Source: Vampirovibrionales bacterium | GTDB lineage: Bacteria; Cyanobacteriota; Vampirovibrionia; Vampirovibrionales; JAJTHC01 | DNA length: 32,224 nt | Reading direction: 5' to 3' | Assembly: GCA_044345135.1 (NCBI GenBank) | Contig: JBIJBR010000002.1 | Span: 1-32,224 of the forward strand | Part shown: positions 8,945 to 17,935 of the stretch, piece by piece | Layout: every line of letters begins with the position of its first letter | Numbering within the stretch: position 1 is the stretch's first letter | Made by a program: the position numbers and the translations under genes | Notes under the pieces: model-generated | Told to the model about the DNA's origin: nothing | What the model saw: only the letters and a program-made list of their open reading frames with translations | The model's database searches: none

Positions 8945-10409
8945 TACTTTTGAGGTCTCCAAATTTAACCGTCTTTTCATCATTAAGCATTTTAGTCGGA
9001 TACGTCCCCGAACTATTCGTGGCTTTCACATTGTCAATCGCACTATTGACAGGAGGGGGCTTTTTCTGAAGATTAAGCTGAAATCCGTTAAAGCGACGCC
9101 ATAATTCATAGCCCAGTGGAACTTCATCCAACATGACCCAACCCAAGGCTTGGGTGCCGTAACGCAGGTGTTCATTTTCAGGCCACGGTTCTTCTTTTTT
9201 GGCTTGAATCGCTTTAAAATCAGGCACGACCAAGACCCGAAAACGATTTTGTCCATCATCAACGGCATCAATCACCTGAATGCGTCCTGCAAAGGTTCCC
9301 AACGCAGCTTTTGGCCAGCCTGAAAATTGAACGGCGGGAAAACCCGCAAATTGTAAGCGAACCAAACGCCCAACAGACAATAAGGGGGCATCGACATCAC
9401 TAAAAAACAAGGTCACCATGCGGTCTCCTGCCTGTGGAACCACCACGGCGAGTTCATCGCCTTCTTTCACGGTTTGCCCTCCACCATAGACCGAAGTCCG
9501 TACCAAGCGGCCTGTCACAGGGGAACTAATGCGTCGTTGGGCGTAGCGTTGACGCAGATTTTCTAAGTCATTGTCTAGCTTAAGCAATTCCGCAGTGGCC
9601 TTGGCATGCTCTTGTGCGGCTTTGGCAATTTTGGCGTTGACTTCCGTTAATTTAGCCCCCAGTTCCAAGCGGAATTTTCCTCTGTCAAAATCCGCGCCAA
9701 GCGTGGCTTGTTTGGCCCCTTCTAAATCGGCTTGAGACGCCTGATACTTACTCTGCGCGTTGACCCACTGATTATTCGCCAGTTCTAAGTCTCGTTTACT
9801 TTTTAGGCCTTCATCATACAATTTTTGAGTTCGTTTTTGAAACAGCGTCGCAGTTTCAAATTCTTTTTGGGCGGCTTGAATACTTTGCACTCTGGCAGAG
9901 ACTTTGGCTTTATTTTCTTGCACTTTGGCGGTGGCACTACCCATCACGGCGCCCTGACTACTGGCAATTACGGCATATTGAGATTCAAGCGCCTCTAACT
10001 GCAAAGTGGCGCTTTTTACTTGGAGGGCTTGGGCGTCTCGCATGGCTTGCAATTTATCCAACTGCGTTTCATCCAAATAAGTATTTTTAATTTCCTTAAG
10101 TTGAAGTAATGCCTGCCCTTTTTTGACCCATTGCCCTTCCTGAACCAGCCATTGTTCAATTCGAGCATCAATAGGAGCTTGAACCGTCTGGGGTCGATGC
10201 ATGGGATTCAAGGTACTCACTTCCCCCACGCCGGAAACAGATTGTTGCCAAGGCACAAAAGCCAAACCTAAAATCCCCAAAAAAACAGTCAGTATCAACG
10301 CCATAGACAAATAACGCATAGAGGCAGGCGTGTTAACCATACGAGCCGACTGCACCTGTGCCAAGGCTTCCATACTTTCCACCTGTCGTTTACTGAGCAT
10401 AATCGGCAT
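8925..10409 (-). CDS. HlyD-family type I secretion membrane fusion protein
   Basis: 494 aa. N-terminal TM anchor, lipoyl-like hairpin (PIDARIEQWLVQEGQWVKKGQALLQL) and a long coiled-coil middle. Its start lies 3 nt after the ABC gene stop. Stop TAA. Confidence 0.8.
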   Translation of the reverse strand: MPIMLSKRQVESMEALAQVQSARMVNTPASMRYLSMALILTVFLGILGLAFVPWQQSVSGVGEVSTLNPMHRPQTVQAPIDARIEQWLVQEGQWVKKGQALLQLKEIKNTYLDETQLDKLQAMRDAQALQVKSATLQLEALESQYAVIASSQGAVMGSATAKVQENKAKVSARVQSIQAAQKEFETATLFQKRTQKLYDEGLKSKRDLELANNQWVNAQSKYQASQADLEGAKQATLGADFDRGKFRLELGAKLTEVNAKIAKAAQEHAKATAELLKLDNDLENLRQRYAQRRISSPVTGRLVRTSVYGGGQTVKEGDELAVVVPQAGDRMVTLFFSDVDAPLLSVGRLVRLQFAGFPAVQFSGWPKAALGTFAGRIQVIDAVDDGQNRFRVLVVPDFKAIQAKKEEPWPENEHLRYGTQALGWVMLDEVPLGYELWRRFNGFQLNLQKKPPPVNSAIDNVKATNSSGTYPTKMLNDEKTVKFGDLKSNAGKQK

Positions 10410-10412
10410 GGC

Positions 10413-12176
10413 TTAGTTCCCCTCACCTGTACGGTCCCGATAAACAAAGGCAGGAAAAAAAGATTGAAAAAAGGGATCTTCTTTCGCCAAGAGACTGGGA
10501 ATACTGCCTTGACTCATCACGTTTCCCTCATGAAATAAGTAGGCATCCTCACACGCACGAAGCACCTCCGCATCATGCGTGATAAAAATAAGCGTCCATT
10601 TCTCTTCAGGCGCGGTTAACTTTTCCAAAATTTGCCGACGCAAAGGACCTTCAATATGGTGAAACGCTTCATCCAAAATCAACAAAGCAGGCGACGCCAA
10701 TAAACTCCTTGCGAGCATCAACATTTGCCGTTTCCCTGAAGAAAGATTGAGACCTTCGCTGCCCAAAGGCATGTCTAAGCCTTGAGGTAGCGTGTCTAAG
10801 ACCGTAGACAAGCCTGAAATATCCAAGGCTCTCTTCAAAGCCGCTTCGCCTAAAAATTCCCGTCCCATTAAGATGTTATCCCGCAAGGTGCCTTTAAAAA
10901 TAGCCGTATGGCTCCCCACCAAAGACACGTGTTGTCTAAAATGAGACAGTTGTAAATCTCTTAACTGTTGTTGGTTGATTTGCACCGCTCCTGCATTAGG
11001 TTGTAAAAGCCCTAAAATCAACTGGGCCAAAGTACTTTTACCTGCCCCACTCGTCCCAACAATCGCCGTACGGCTCCCTGATTTAAAGACTAAATTCAAG
11101 TGTTGAAACAAAGGAAAAGGTTGTTGAGGATATTGAAACGACACTTGCTGGAGATTAACCTCAATTCCTTTCCCCGTATCAATGTAGTCCACTCCCCGCT
11201 CGACTTCATTCGGTAAGTCCGTCAAAGTGCCTAATTTGTCGATGCTGGTTAATAAGTCATACCAACTTTCAATGTTACTAACGATTTTCGTCACCGCTGC
11301 CAGCAATAAAAGCATCATGAGTTCCGCCGCGACCAATTGCCCAATGGAAATGTCTTTTTTCATGACCAACCAACCCCCTAAAGCGAGCAAACCCGCCGTC
11401 GCAGCCGTATTCACAAAAAAGCTCCATGAGGCTTGACGAATCACCACGTTAAAATGCCGACGGCGCGCCGTGACATACGTGGTACATAAGGCGTCGACTT
11501 CCTTCATGCCAAAGCACTGGGCCACATAAATTTTAAAGGCGCTATGACAGCGAGCCAAATCTTGAAGCAAATGAGCCATTTCATACTTATACTTGCATTC
11601 CACCAAACTACTGGTGACGCCTGTTTTGCCTAAGAGTAAAAAACCCAAGCCTCCTGCCACCAAAAACGCATTAAAAAATAGAAAATAAGGGCTATAAAAG
11701 CCCATAAAAATCAAGGAAATCACAATTTGTAAAAGTGCTGCGGGAAATTCAAGCAAGACTTTGGTCAATGATTTTTGAAGCGTGGTGGTTTCAAAAAAAC
11801 GATTCACCCGTTCAGGCGGATATGCCTCATTCCATACTTGACTATCGACTTGAGGCAAATGCTTCGCCAAATACAAGGTAATACGAACAAAAAGCCGTTG
11901 TTGAAGTATTTCAAGCAAAGTCATTTCAACGATACGCACCACGCCTGTAAAGCCTAAACCCACAAAAACCAAAAGGGACAAAATAATCAAAGGCTGTAGA
12001 AATACACCACTGGCAATGATATTAATCAAGGCTTGAGAGGCAATCGGCAACATCAAACTCAAGACTCCACTAATCGTAGAATACAGGAGCAAAAGGGCGA
12101 GATCTTTTTTATCTTCCCATAGTAATTGTTGCAAACGCCTAAAGGGCGAAGGCAAGGCCGTGGACTCCATCACCAT
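10413..12176 (-). CDS. Type I secretion ABC transporter, fused permease/ATPase (PrtD-like, no C39 peptidase domain)
   Basis: 587 aa. N-terminal transmembrane domain with multiple hydrophobic helices. Walker A GTSGAGKST, signature LSSGKRQ, Walker B LLILDEA, ITHD. Stop TAA. Confidence 0.85.
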   Translation of the reverse strand: MVMESTALPSPFRRLQQLLWEDKKDLALLLLYSTISGVLSLMLPIASQALINIIASGVFLQPLIILSLLVFVGLGFTGVVRIVEMTLLEILQQRLFVRITLYLAKHLPQVDSQVWNEAYPPERVNRFFETTTLQKSLTKVLLEFPAALLQIVISLIFMGFYSPYFLFFNAFLVAGGLGFLLLGKTGVTSSLVECKYKYEMAHLLQDLARCHSAFKIYVAQCFGMKEVDALCTTYVTARRRHFNVVIRQASWSFFVNTAATAGLLALGGWLVMKKDISIGQLVAAELMMLLLLAAVTKIVSNIESWYDLLTSIDKLGTLTDLPNEVERGVDYIDTGKGIEVNLQQVSFQYPQQPFPLFQHLNLVFKSGSRTAIVGTSGAGKSTLAQLILGLLQPNAGAVQINQQQLRDLQLSHFRQHVSLVGSHTAIFKGTLRDNILMGREFLGEAALKRALDISGLSTVLDTLPQGLDMPLGSEGLNLSSGKRQMLMLARSLLASPALLILDEAFHHIEGPLRRQILEKLTAPEEKWTLIFITHDAEVLRACEDAYLFHEGNVMSQGSIPSLLAKEDPFFQSFFPAFVYRDRTGEGN

Positions 12177-12193
12177 TAAAACCGTTACACTTT

Positions 12194-12225
12194 CTTATTC
12201 TACTTCAGACTTCTTCTACTTCAGA
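12194..12225. repeat. Tandem 16-nt direct repeat (CTT[A/C]TTCTACTTCAGA x2) in divergent promoter region
   Basis: Read directly. 12194-12209 and 12210-12225 differ at one position. The repeat lies between the ABC operon start (12176) and the bolA-like start (12339). Confidence 0.8.
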
Positions 12226-12338
12226 ATACTTCCCCTATCTTAAACCGATTTTCCTTTTTTGTGTCAAACTTATTCAGGTATAAACAAGAATTACTCTAAA
12301 CTTAGGATAAACCCCCAAGCGTAAAGGAACTCCCTCGC

Positions 12339-12575
12339 ATGATTAGCCCCAATGACTTAACGCAACACCTCAAAAACGCCTTTCCCGACGCCCATCTTGA
12401 AGTCTTTGACAAAACAGGTGAGCAAGACCACTATATCGTCTATATTCGATCCGCCGAATTCTTGGGGAAAAATACATTAGCCTGCCATAGACTTGTACAA
12501 AGCGTTTTAGCGCCTTTAATTCAAACAGGCCAGCTACACGCCAGCGAAATCAAAACCGCCACGCCTGAATCCTAA
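12339..12575 (+). CDS. BolA/IbaG-family protein
   Basis: 78 aa. HLEVFDKTGEQDHY...SAEFLGKNTLACHRLVQSVL matches the BolA F-x-G...RH-x-x-V pattern. Stop TAA. Confidence 0.7.
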   Translation: MISPNDLTQHLKNAFPDAHLEVFDKTGEQDHYIVYIRSAEFLGKNTLACHRLVQSVLAPLIQTGQLHASEIKTATPES

Positions 12576-12632
12576 ACGAAGGCTCATTTTGACACAAAAA
12601 ATATCCTTTTATGAGCTGAAGCTCGACACGCG

Positions 12633-12935
12633 CTAAGCGTCTAGCTTACTTTCTACACTAGACACCTTATCCGCCATCGACTGCGAACGGTCCACCCGCG
12701 TGCCTAATTTGATGGTAGAGCTAATACGAGGCACGCCTTCTTGATGCACCGCTTCATGACACGCTTTGATACACGCCATCACGTCATCCCAATCCCCTTC
12801 GATATTCGTACCGTAGGCATGTAAGTGATGCGTCAAGCCAAATTGCTGAATCACACGCTCACAAATGGCGATATAGGAAGAAACACTCACCCCCACACCC
12901 AAAGGCACCACACACAAATCAACAATCACATGCAT
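12633..12935 (-). CDS. MTH1187/YkoF-related (UPF0045, DUF77) thiamine-binding-like protein
   Basis: 100 aa. The N-terminus VDLCVVPLGVGVSVSSYIA and ...HAYGTNIEGDWDDVM... are typical of the family. Stop TAG. Confidence 0.65.
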   Translation of the reverse strand: MHVIVDLCVVPLGVGVSVSSYIAICERVIQQFGLTHHLHAYGTNIEGDWDDVMACIKACHEAVHQEGVPRISSTIKLGTRVDRSQSMADKVSSVESKLDA

Positions 12936-12996
12936 ATGAAAGACTCCTCATGAGTTTGAAATGATCTAAACAAGTCAAGCGTTAGGTCAACACGAC

Positions 12997-13794
12997 CTAG
13001 TAAAAATCAGAAAACACGGACGCTACAGGCATTTCTAAAGCGGCTTGGGCAATGGCCACACAGGCAGAAGACCCAATACGCGTGGCTCCCACGGCTTGCA
13101 CCGCTAAGGCGTCATCTAGTGAACGAACCCCTCCGCTGGCTTTAATGCCGATATGAAAGGCCCCGAGCTCATCTAAATAGTGACGAATAAAGGCAATGCG
13201 CTCTGGCGTGGCCCCTTGGCCCCCTTTTAAATAACCCGTAGAAGTTTTAATAGTATCCATATCCGCTTCGACGGCTTGGCGAAGGGCAAAACGGATTTCA
13301 TCATCGCTGAGTAAATCCACCTCTAAAATCAGCTTAATGGGCATGTCTCCCGCCGCCATCCGTAAACCTTGGAGTTCTTTCAGGGTAAAGCTCCCCCCAA
13401 TTTCATAATCCGTTTTTAAGAACGCGACGTTCATGACCACGTCAAATTCTTCTCCACCAGAGCCTTGAATCGTGGTGATTTCCTGCAATTTAGTGGTCGA
13501 ATTACACGCCCCAATCACAGGGCATTCTTCATGGACTTCCCGTGTGACGGGGTGTTCAGGGAAGCCCACCACGGCCGCGAGTATCACCTCACTACGGTGG
13601 CCCAAGGCCTCTCGAGCCACCATCACATGTTGTGGCCTCACGCAGACCGTGGCCATTCCATACTGTTGGGCCTCTTCACAGAGTTGCCGAATCAGGGCGT
13701 CTTCATTGGCACCATGCTCAAAGTGTAGTTTTGTATGTTCTAATTTAGAAATCAATTGTTGCGCTGGACTCGGGGTGTTACTAGGGGTGCTCAT
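12997..13794 (-). CDS. deoC: Deoxyribose-phosphate aldolase
   Basis: 265 aa. ATVCVRP, DTIKTSTGY (Schiff-base Lys context), IKASGGVRS, ATRIGSS. Stop TAG. Confidence 0.8.
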   Translation of the reverse strand: MSTPSNTPSPAQQLISKLEHTKLHFEHGANEDALIRQLCEEAQQYGMATVCVRPQHVMVAREALGHRSEVILAAVVGFPEHPVTREVHEECPVIGACNSTTKLQEITTIQGSGGEEFDVVMNVAFLKTDYEIGGSFTLKELQGLRMAAGDMPIKLILEVDLLSDDEIRFALRQAVEADMDTIKTSTGYLKGGQGATPERIAFIRHYLDELGAFHIGIKASGGVRSLDDALAVQAVGATRIGSSACVAIAQAALEMPVASVFSDFY

Positions 13795-13923
13795 CCAAAA
13801 ACCTCTTCACTTTCATGCGGATTGACGTCATAGACTTCTTGATGATAGCGTTAAGTCAACTTTTATTCAATGCCTCCACGTAGGAACAGAATGTTTATTT
13901 TTAAGAATAAGAGGTCTGCTTCA

Positions 13924-14523
13924 TTAATTTGGAGAGCTTGTTTTCGAATGAACGGCAGCTAAAATTTTTCGATGAAATTCATTTAAAGCACTTTGTGTTG
14001 TTTTGTCAAATTCCCTTTCCCCTTGTATTAATAAGTTATATCTAAAGGGTTTCTCAAAAGCTTGATCTGTGATAACAGAATAGTACTCTTTCAAACTGTA
14101 AACTCCGCCAGGCATCTGTAACTCAACAATATTTTTCCAATATATTAATTTTTCTTTTTCAAATGGACCTCTCTTACCTTTAATTATTTCCGTATCATAA
14201 AGAATATAATATGATGAAAGATTAAACAAAGTGATCAATCCTATAATCAGCAAAATTATAAAATTTAAAGTTATTGATTGTCCATTGATATTGATATAGG
14301 GTAGTAAGGGAGAAAGCCCATAGCATACTCCAGCAGATAAAATATATGTACCCCATGACAACGAGCAAAAAAGAAAAAAACTCTCAAACGGACTAAGCTT
14401 TGGAGCTATCAATGTTTGATGTGGTTGGGGTTTGGGTATATTTGTATTTAGAAGCCAATTTGTCAGATAGCAAAAGAAAATATTTAAAAATACAACACTA
14501 ATAATTTCTGCAGAATTTATCAT
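13924..14523 (-). CDS. Hypothetical membrane protein (ORFan) in AT-rich islet
   Basis: 199-aa ORF with 3-4 hydrophobic helices followed by a soluble tail of about 90 aa. Markedly AT-rich compared with its flanks. No recognisable motif. Stop TAA. Confidence 0.45.
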   Translation of the reverse strand: MINSAEIISVVFLNIFFCYLTNWLLNTNIPKPQPHQTLIAPKLSPFESFFLFCSLSWGTYILSAGVCYGLSPLLPYININGQSITLNFIILLIIGLITLFNLSSYYILYDTEIIKGKRGPFEKEKLIYWKNIVELQMPGGVYSLKEYYSVITDQAFEKPFRYNLLIQGEREFDKTTQSALNEFHRKILAAVHSKTSSPN

Positions 14524-14727
14524 ATAAATTCCCTTATCCTTTTTAGTTTCAAAGACTTAAAAAAAAACGCCTAAAGCTCCTTCACAATAAATACTTTTCC
14601 CTATTAAGGTTGCTTATTAGAGAAACAATCCCCTAAGAGGTACCATTAAAATAATTTTAACTTGCCTCGCTATCACAAGTTAAGGCTTTTACAAATATAC
14701 ACAATATAGATTAAGAGAAAGCCTTCT

Positions 14728-14756
14728 TTGATTCCATGTCCTTTTTATGATAAATT
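14728..14756 (+). promoter_or_regulatory. Candidate sigma70 promoter for miaB
   Basis: TTGATT (14728-14733), 17-nt spacer, TAAATT (14751-14756), with TGA immediately upstream of the -10 (extended -10-like). About 36 nt upstream of the ATG at 14792. Confidence 0.4.
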
Positions 14757-14791
14757 AAATTCAATAAATACGAAATATAAGGTTGGCTTCT

Positions 14792-16165
14792 ATGACACGC
14801 ACGGTCTTTATTGAAACGCAAGGCTGTCAAATGAATGAAGCCGATAGCGAACTCATGCTGGGGCTTTTGGCGCGTGAAGGCTTTGTCCCTACCTTAGACC
14901 CTCATGTCGCCGATTTACTGATTCTCAACACCTGCCAAATTCGTGAAATGGCCAGTGACAAAGCCTTTAGCCAAATAGGGCGCTGGGGAAAATTAAAAAA
15001 GAAACGGCCTGAGGTCAAAATCGCCATGGCAGGATGCGTGGCCCAACAGGTTGGGCATACCGTGTTTGAACGTATGCCTTATGTGGATATCGTCTACGGG
15101 ACACAGAACATTCACGATTTACCCCGACTGGTACGGGAAATTTTTGAAGAAAACGCACAACATGTCTTCGCCATTGACAAACAAAAAGAACAGTCCACCT
15201 TTGATTATTTTGAAGACATCACCCAAGTTCGCCAAAACAAGGGGACTTCCGCGTGGGTCACCATTATTGAAGGCTGCAACTATTTTTGCACGTATTGTGT
15301 GGTGCCTTATACACGTGGACGTCAAATCAGTCGTAAGCCTGACAGTATTTTAGACGAAATCAAGCGCTTAGCGGAAGGGGGCGTCAAAGAAGTCACGCTC
15401 TTGGGGCAAACGGTGGACGCCTATGGACAAGACTTCAACGACCGTCGCTATGATTTAGCCGATTTATTTGAAGCCGTCCACGACATTGAAGGCATTGAAC
15501 GCATTCGCTTTATGACGTCGCATCCGCTGGATTTAAACGACCGTATGATTGACGCCATCGCGACTTTGCCCAAGCTCATGGAACATATCCACATTCCCAT
15601 GCAAAGCGGAGACGACGCCGTCCTTCGCCGTATGAGACGTGGCTATACGGCAGACGACTATTACCGTTTAACCGACAAAATTTACGACCGCATTCCCCAG
15701 GTGGCCATTACTGGCGACTACATTGTAGGCTTCCCTGCGGAGTCTGAAACCGCGTTTTTAAACAGCGTCTATAGCCTGAGTCGTTCAGGGGTGTACATGG
15801 CCAATACCGCGGCATATTCGGCTCGATTACAAACCCCCGCGGCCATTTGGGAAGCGCGCTATGAAGTAGAGGCGGTGCCTCAATCCGTCAAGGAAGCCCG
15901 TTTACAAATTTTAAATGACGCCATTCGAAAACAAGCGTTGGCACAGAATCAAGCAACCTTAGGGCAGTCGCTACAAGTCTTGGTAGAAGGGCCCAGTAAG
16001 CGAAACCCCCATCGCCTCACGGGACGAACGCGTCAAAACAAAGTGGTGAATTTTGACGTGCCTGAAGGGATTGACCCTACATCGTTAGTGAATACGCTGG
16101 TGGAGGTTCACATCAATGACGCCTACCCTTTTTCATTATTGGGTGTATTGTCGGGTTCACTTTAA
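14792..16165 (+). CDS. miaB: tRNA-2-methylthio-N6-dimethylallyladenosine synthase (MiaB)
   Basis: MTTase N-terminal Cys triad (GCQMNE, NTCQIRE, GCVAQQ), radical-SAM CNYFCTYC, and a C-terminal TRAM-like domain. The ORF opens at a TTG at 14783; the ATG at 14792 is preferred. Stop TAA. Confidence 0.9.
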   Translation: MTRTVFIETQGCQMNEADSELMLGLLAREGFVPTLDPHVADLLILNTCQIREMASDKAFSQIGRWGKLKKKRPEVKIAMAGCVAQQVGHTVFERMPYVDIVYGTQNIHDLPRLVREIFEENAQHVFAIDKQKEQSTFDYFEDITQVRQNKGTSAWVTIIEGCNYFCTYCVVPYTRGRQISRKPDSILDEIKRLAEGGVKEVTLLGQTVDAYGQDFNDRRYDLADLFEAVHDIEGIERIRFMTSHPLDLNDRMIDAIATLPKLMEHIHIPMQSGDDAVLRRMRRGYTADDYYRLTDKIYDRIPQVAITGDYIVGFPAESETAFLNSVYSLSRSGVYMANTAAYSARLQTPAAIWEARYEVEAVPQSVKEARLQILNDAIRKQALAQNQATLGQSLQVLVEGPSKRNPHRLTGRTRQNKVVNFDVPEGIDPTSLVNTLVEVHINDAYPFSLLGVLSGSL

Positions 16166-16181
16166 TTTAAAGTAACGACCA

Positions 16182-16682
16182 CTATTGGCTTGGATATGCG
16201 GCATTCATTGTCTTGAGACATCTCTCCCAGAATGCTCTCATTGCTTTTTCTGACGGCATAATCACGTGAGTTAACACTGCGTCATACTGATCATATTGGC
16301 GCATCTTTTTCATTTGGGCCAATACAGCTGGCGGCAAGAAAAAACTTTTTGATTCAACCCCTGTTTTGGGCTTCCTTTTTCCTATGTCTTTTGTCAATAA
16401 GGGTGATTTTCTCCCATCTATCAGAAGAGAAAAGCCTCCGCCTTTACTCTCTGTAGTAAAAGTCGGGCGTATAACAATCCCATCTGTAGGAGAAATTCTT
16501 GCATAATCTTCAGGCCTTCCTTCATAAAAACCTTTAGGAAGCTTAAGCTGACCCTTACGGTCAAGAGAAGAATCAGGGGGACAGAACCTTTCCAAATGAC
16601 TTAAAAAAGTTAGGCGCGCGGCACGAGTCAAAAGAGCTTTATCACAAAATCGTTTAACTACTCCTTCATACCCTGGAAGCAA
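16182..16682 (-). CDS. Hypothetical protein (possibly disrupted; see finding)
   Basis: 166-aa ORF from a TTG, with AAGGGG 5 nt upstream. An in-frame ATG at 16772 has a strong GAGGA SD and is separated from this ORF by a single TAA (16710-16712). No motif recognised. Stop TAG. Confidence 0.4.
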   Translation of the reverse strand: MLPGYEGVVKRFCDKALLTRAARLTFLSHLERFCPPDSSLDRKGQLKLPKGFYEGRPEDYARISPTDGIVIRPTFTTESKGGGFSLLIDGRKSPLLTKDIGKRKPKTGVESKSFFLPPAVLAQMKKMRQYDQYDAVLTHVIMPSEKAMRAFWERCLKTMNAAYPSQ

Positions 16683-16961
16683 CGTCGCCCCTTGACGCTG
16701 GAGGTTCGCTTAGGAAGGTGACGACTTCGTAGACCTTAAGGGACCTGACGTAGGAGCAGACACGATATTCATAAAAAATCCTCATTACATTGATGACCAC
16801 AAAGGTTCTTGAAGTAGCTTAACCTTTAGAGAGTTTAAAAACATCTACACAACGAAGAAATTTTAACACGCCCTACGATTTAAAAATAGCTTTGTTACAA
16901 AAAATTACAATTGACTGTAAAAGATCCGTTCTAGCCTCCCCGTTCCATTTTAAGCGGGCGA

Positions 16962-17003
16962 CGTCAGAGACCTTTTCGCGAAAAAAGGTCTCTGACGAGT
17001 GAC
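16962..17003 (+). repeat. Palindromic repeat element, best copy (CGTCAGAGACCTTTT-cgcgaa-AAAAGGTCTCTGACG + AGTGAC)
   Basis: Perfect 15-bp stem (16962-16976 / 16983-16997) with a 6-nt loop. It shares its core and 3' flank with 1945-1981. Confidence 0.8.
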
Positions 17004-17175
17004 ATACTCCAAACGAAGAGAGGAATCCAAAAAAGAGAAAATATTAAAATTAAACGACAATTTTAGCTAAAAAACACGCTATTTTTTTTAAAAAGTCGTG
17101 CGAAGGCACAAAAATAGATTCACTTGTGTTTATCTGTATGACTAACGTACTCAAACCTTTTAGAAAGCTTTTCTC

Positions 17176-17922
17176 ATGACGCCTATCTCTTTCTATGCTT
17201 CTTCCCAACCCTACAGTGCCACTCATCAACAGCGCCAAGGCGCTTTACGTCTTGCGACGATTCCTCAACATGGAAAACATGCCGCCATTAATCTCTGGGA
17301 GTTATCTCCTAAAGATCCCCATTTTCAAGAGGATCTGCAAACTTTATTCAAGCTTTATCCAGAAGCTCATAAAAGAGCTGAAGCAGGCTGTGCGGTGAGT
17401 AAAGCTTATGCGGCAACAGTCATAAGTCTAAACAATATATTTGATCCTCGCCTTTTAAGCTTAAACGAGCAGTTGGGTGGAACGAGAAAAAACCGCTGTT
17501 TACTTGCGGTATCTGACTCAAAATTAGCAGGGTTTGCTGTGACGAAGACGGAGGCTTTGGATGAAGACTCTAACCGTTGTGATATAACTTTACTAGGATC
17601 TTGGTTCCCAAAGGTGGCAGGCACTTTACTCGGATTAATCCAAAAAGAGGAAAAACCGAACACGACTTTTATTGCCTGCCCAATGCCAGATGAGGAGGCT
17701 TCTCATGTCTGGATTAAAGATCGCTTGCGAAAGCTACCTCTATTAAGTAATTCATATAAGAGATTGGAGCCAACGCCTTGGAAACCTGAATTGACTAATG
17801 GTAAAATGCAACAATTGTCAAACGAGCGGCTACAGGCATTAGGCCAACGCCATTTAGAGCAGGCCGTGATTTATAAAGAACCTACCTCAGAACCGCTTTG
17901 CATTACGGGCTTACCGTCTTAA
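17176..17922 (+). CDS. Hypothetical protein (ORFan)
   Basis: 248-aa ORF with an ATG start, preceded by an in-frame TAG. No signal peptide or confident motif. Stop TAA. Confidence 0.5.
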   Translation: MTPISFYASSQPYSATHQQRQGALRLATIPQHGKHAAINLWELSPKDPHFQEDLQTLFKLYPEAHKRAEAGCAVSKAYAATVISLNNIFDPRLLSLNEQLGGTRKNRCLLAVSDSKLAGFAVTKTEALDEDSNRCDITLLGSWFPKVAGTLLGLIQKEEKPNTTFIACPMPDEEASHVWIKDRLRKLPLLSNSYKRLEPTPWKPELTNGKMQQLSNERLQALGQRHLEQAVIYKEPTSEPLCITGLPS

Positions 17923-17935
17923 GAAGTAAGCTTTA

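Noticed and set aside
8925-8983. 59-nt overlap between the HlyD-like and TolC-like ORFs, as a possible frameshift or fusion signal
   Set aside because: It is explained by the ORF caller taking the first ATG. The internal ATG at 8944 gives a proper signal peptide and an ordinary 20-nt overlap.
13472-13825. Antisense or overlapping ORFs inside well-supported genes (for example 13472-13825, 13465-13728, 2703-3074, 3133-3429, 26711-27076, 28134-28466, 23019-23227)
   Set aside because: All lie opposite or out of frame to genes with clear family motifs. They have no SD or motif support and their composition is typical of shadow ORFs.
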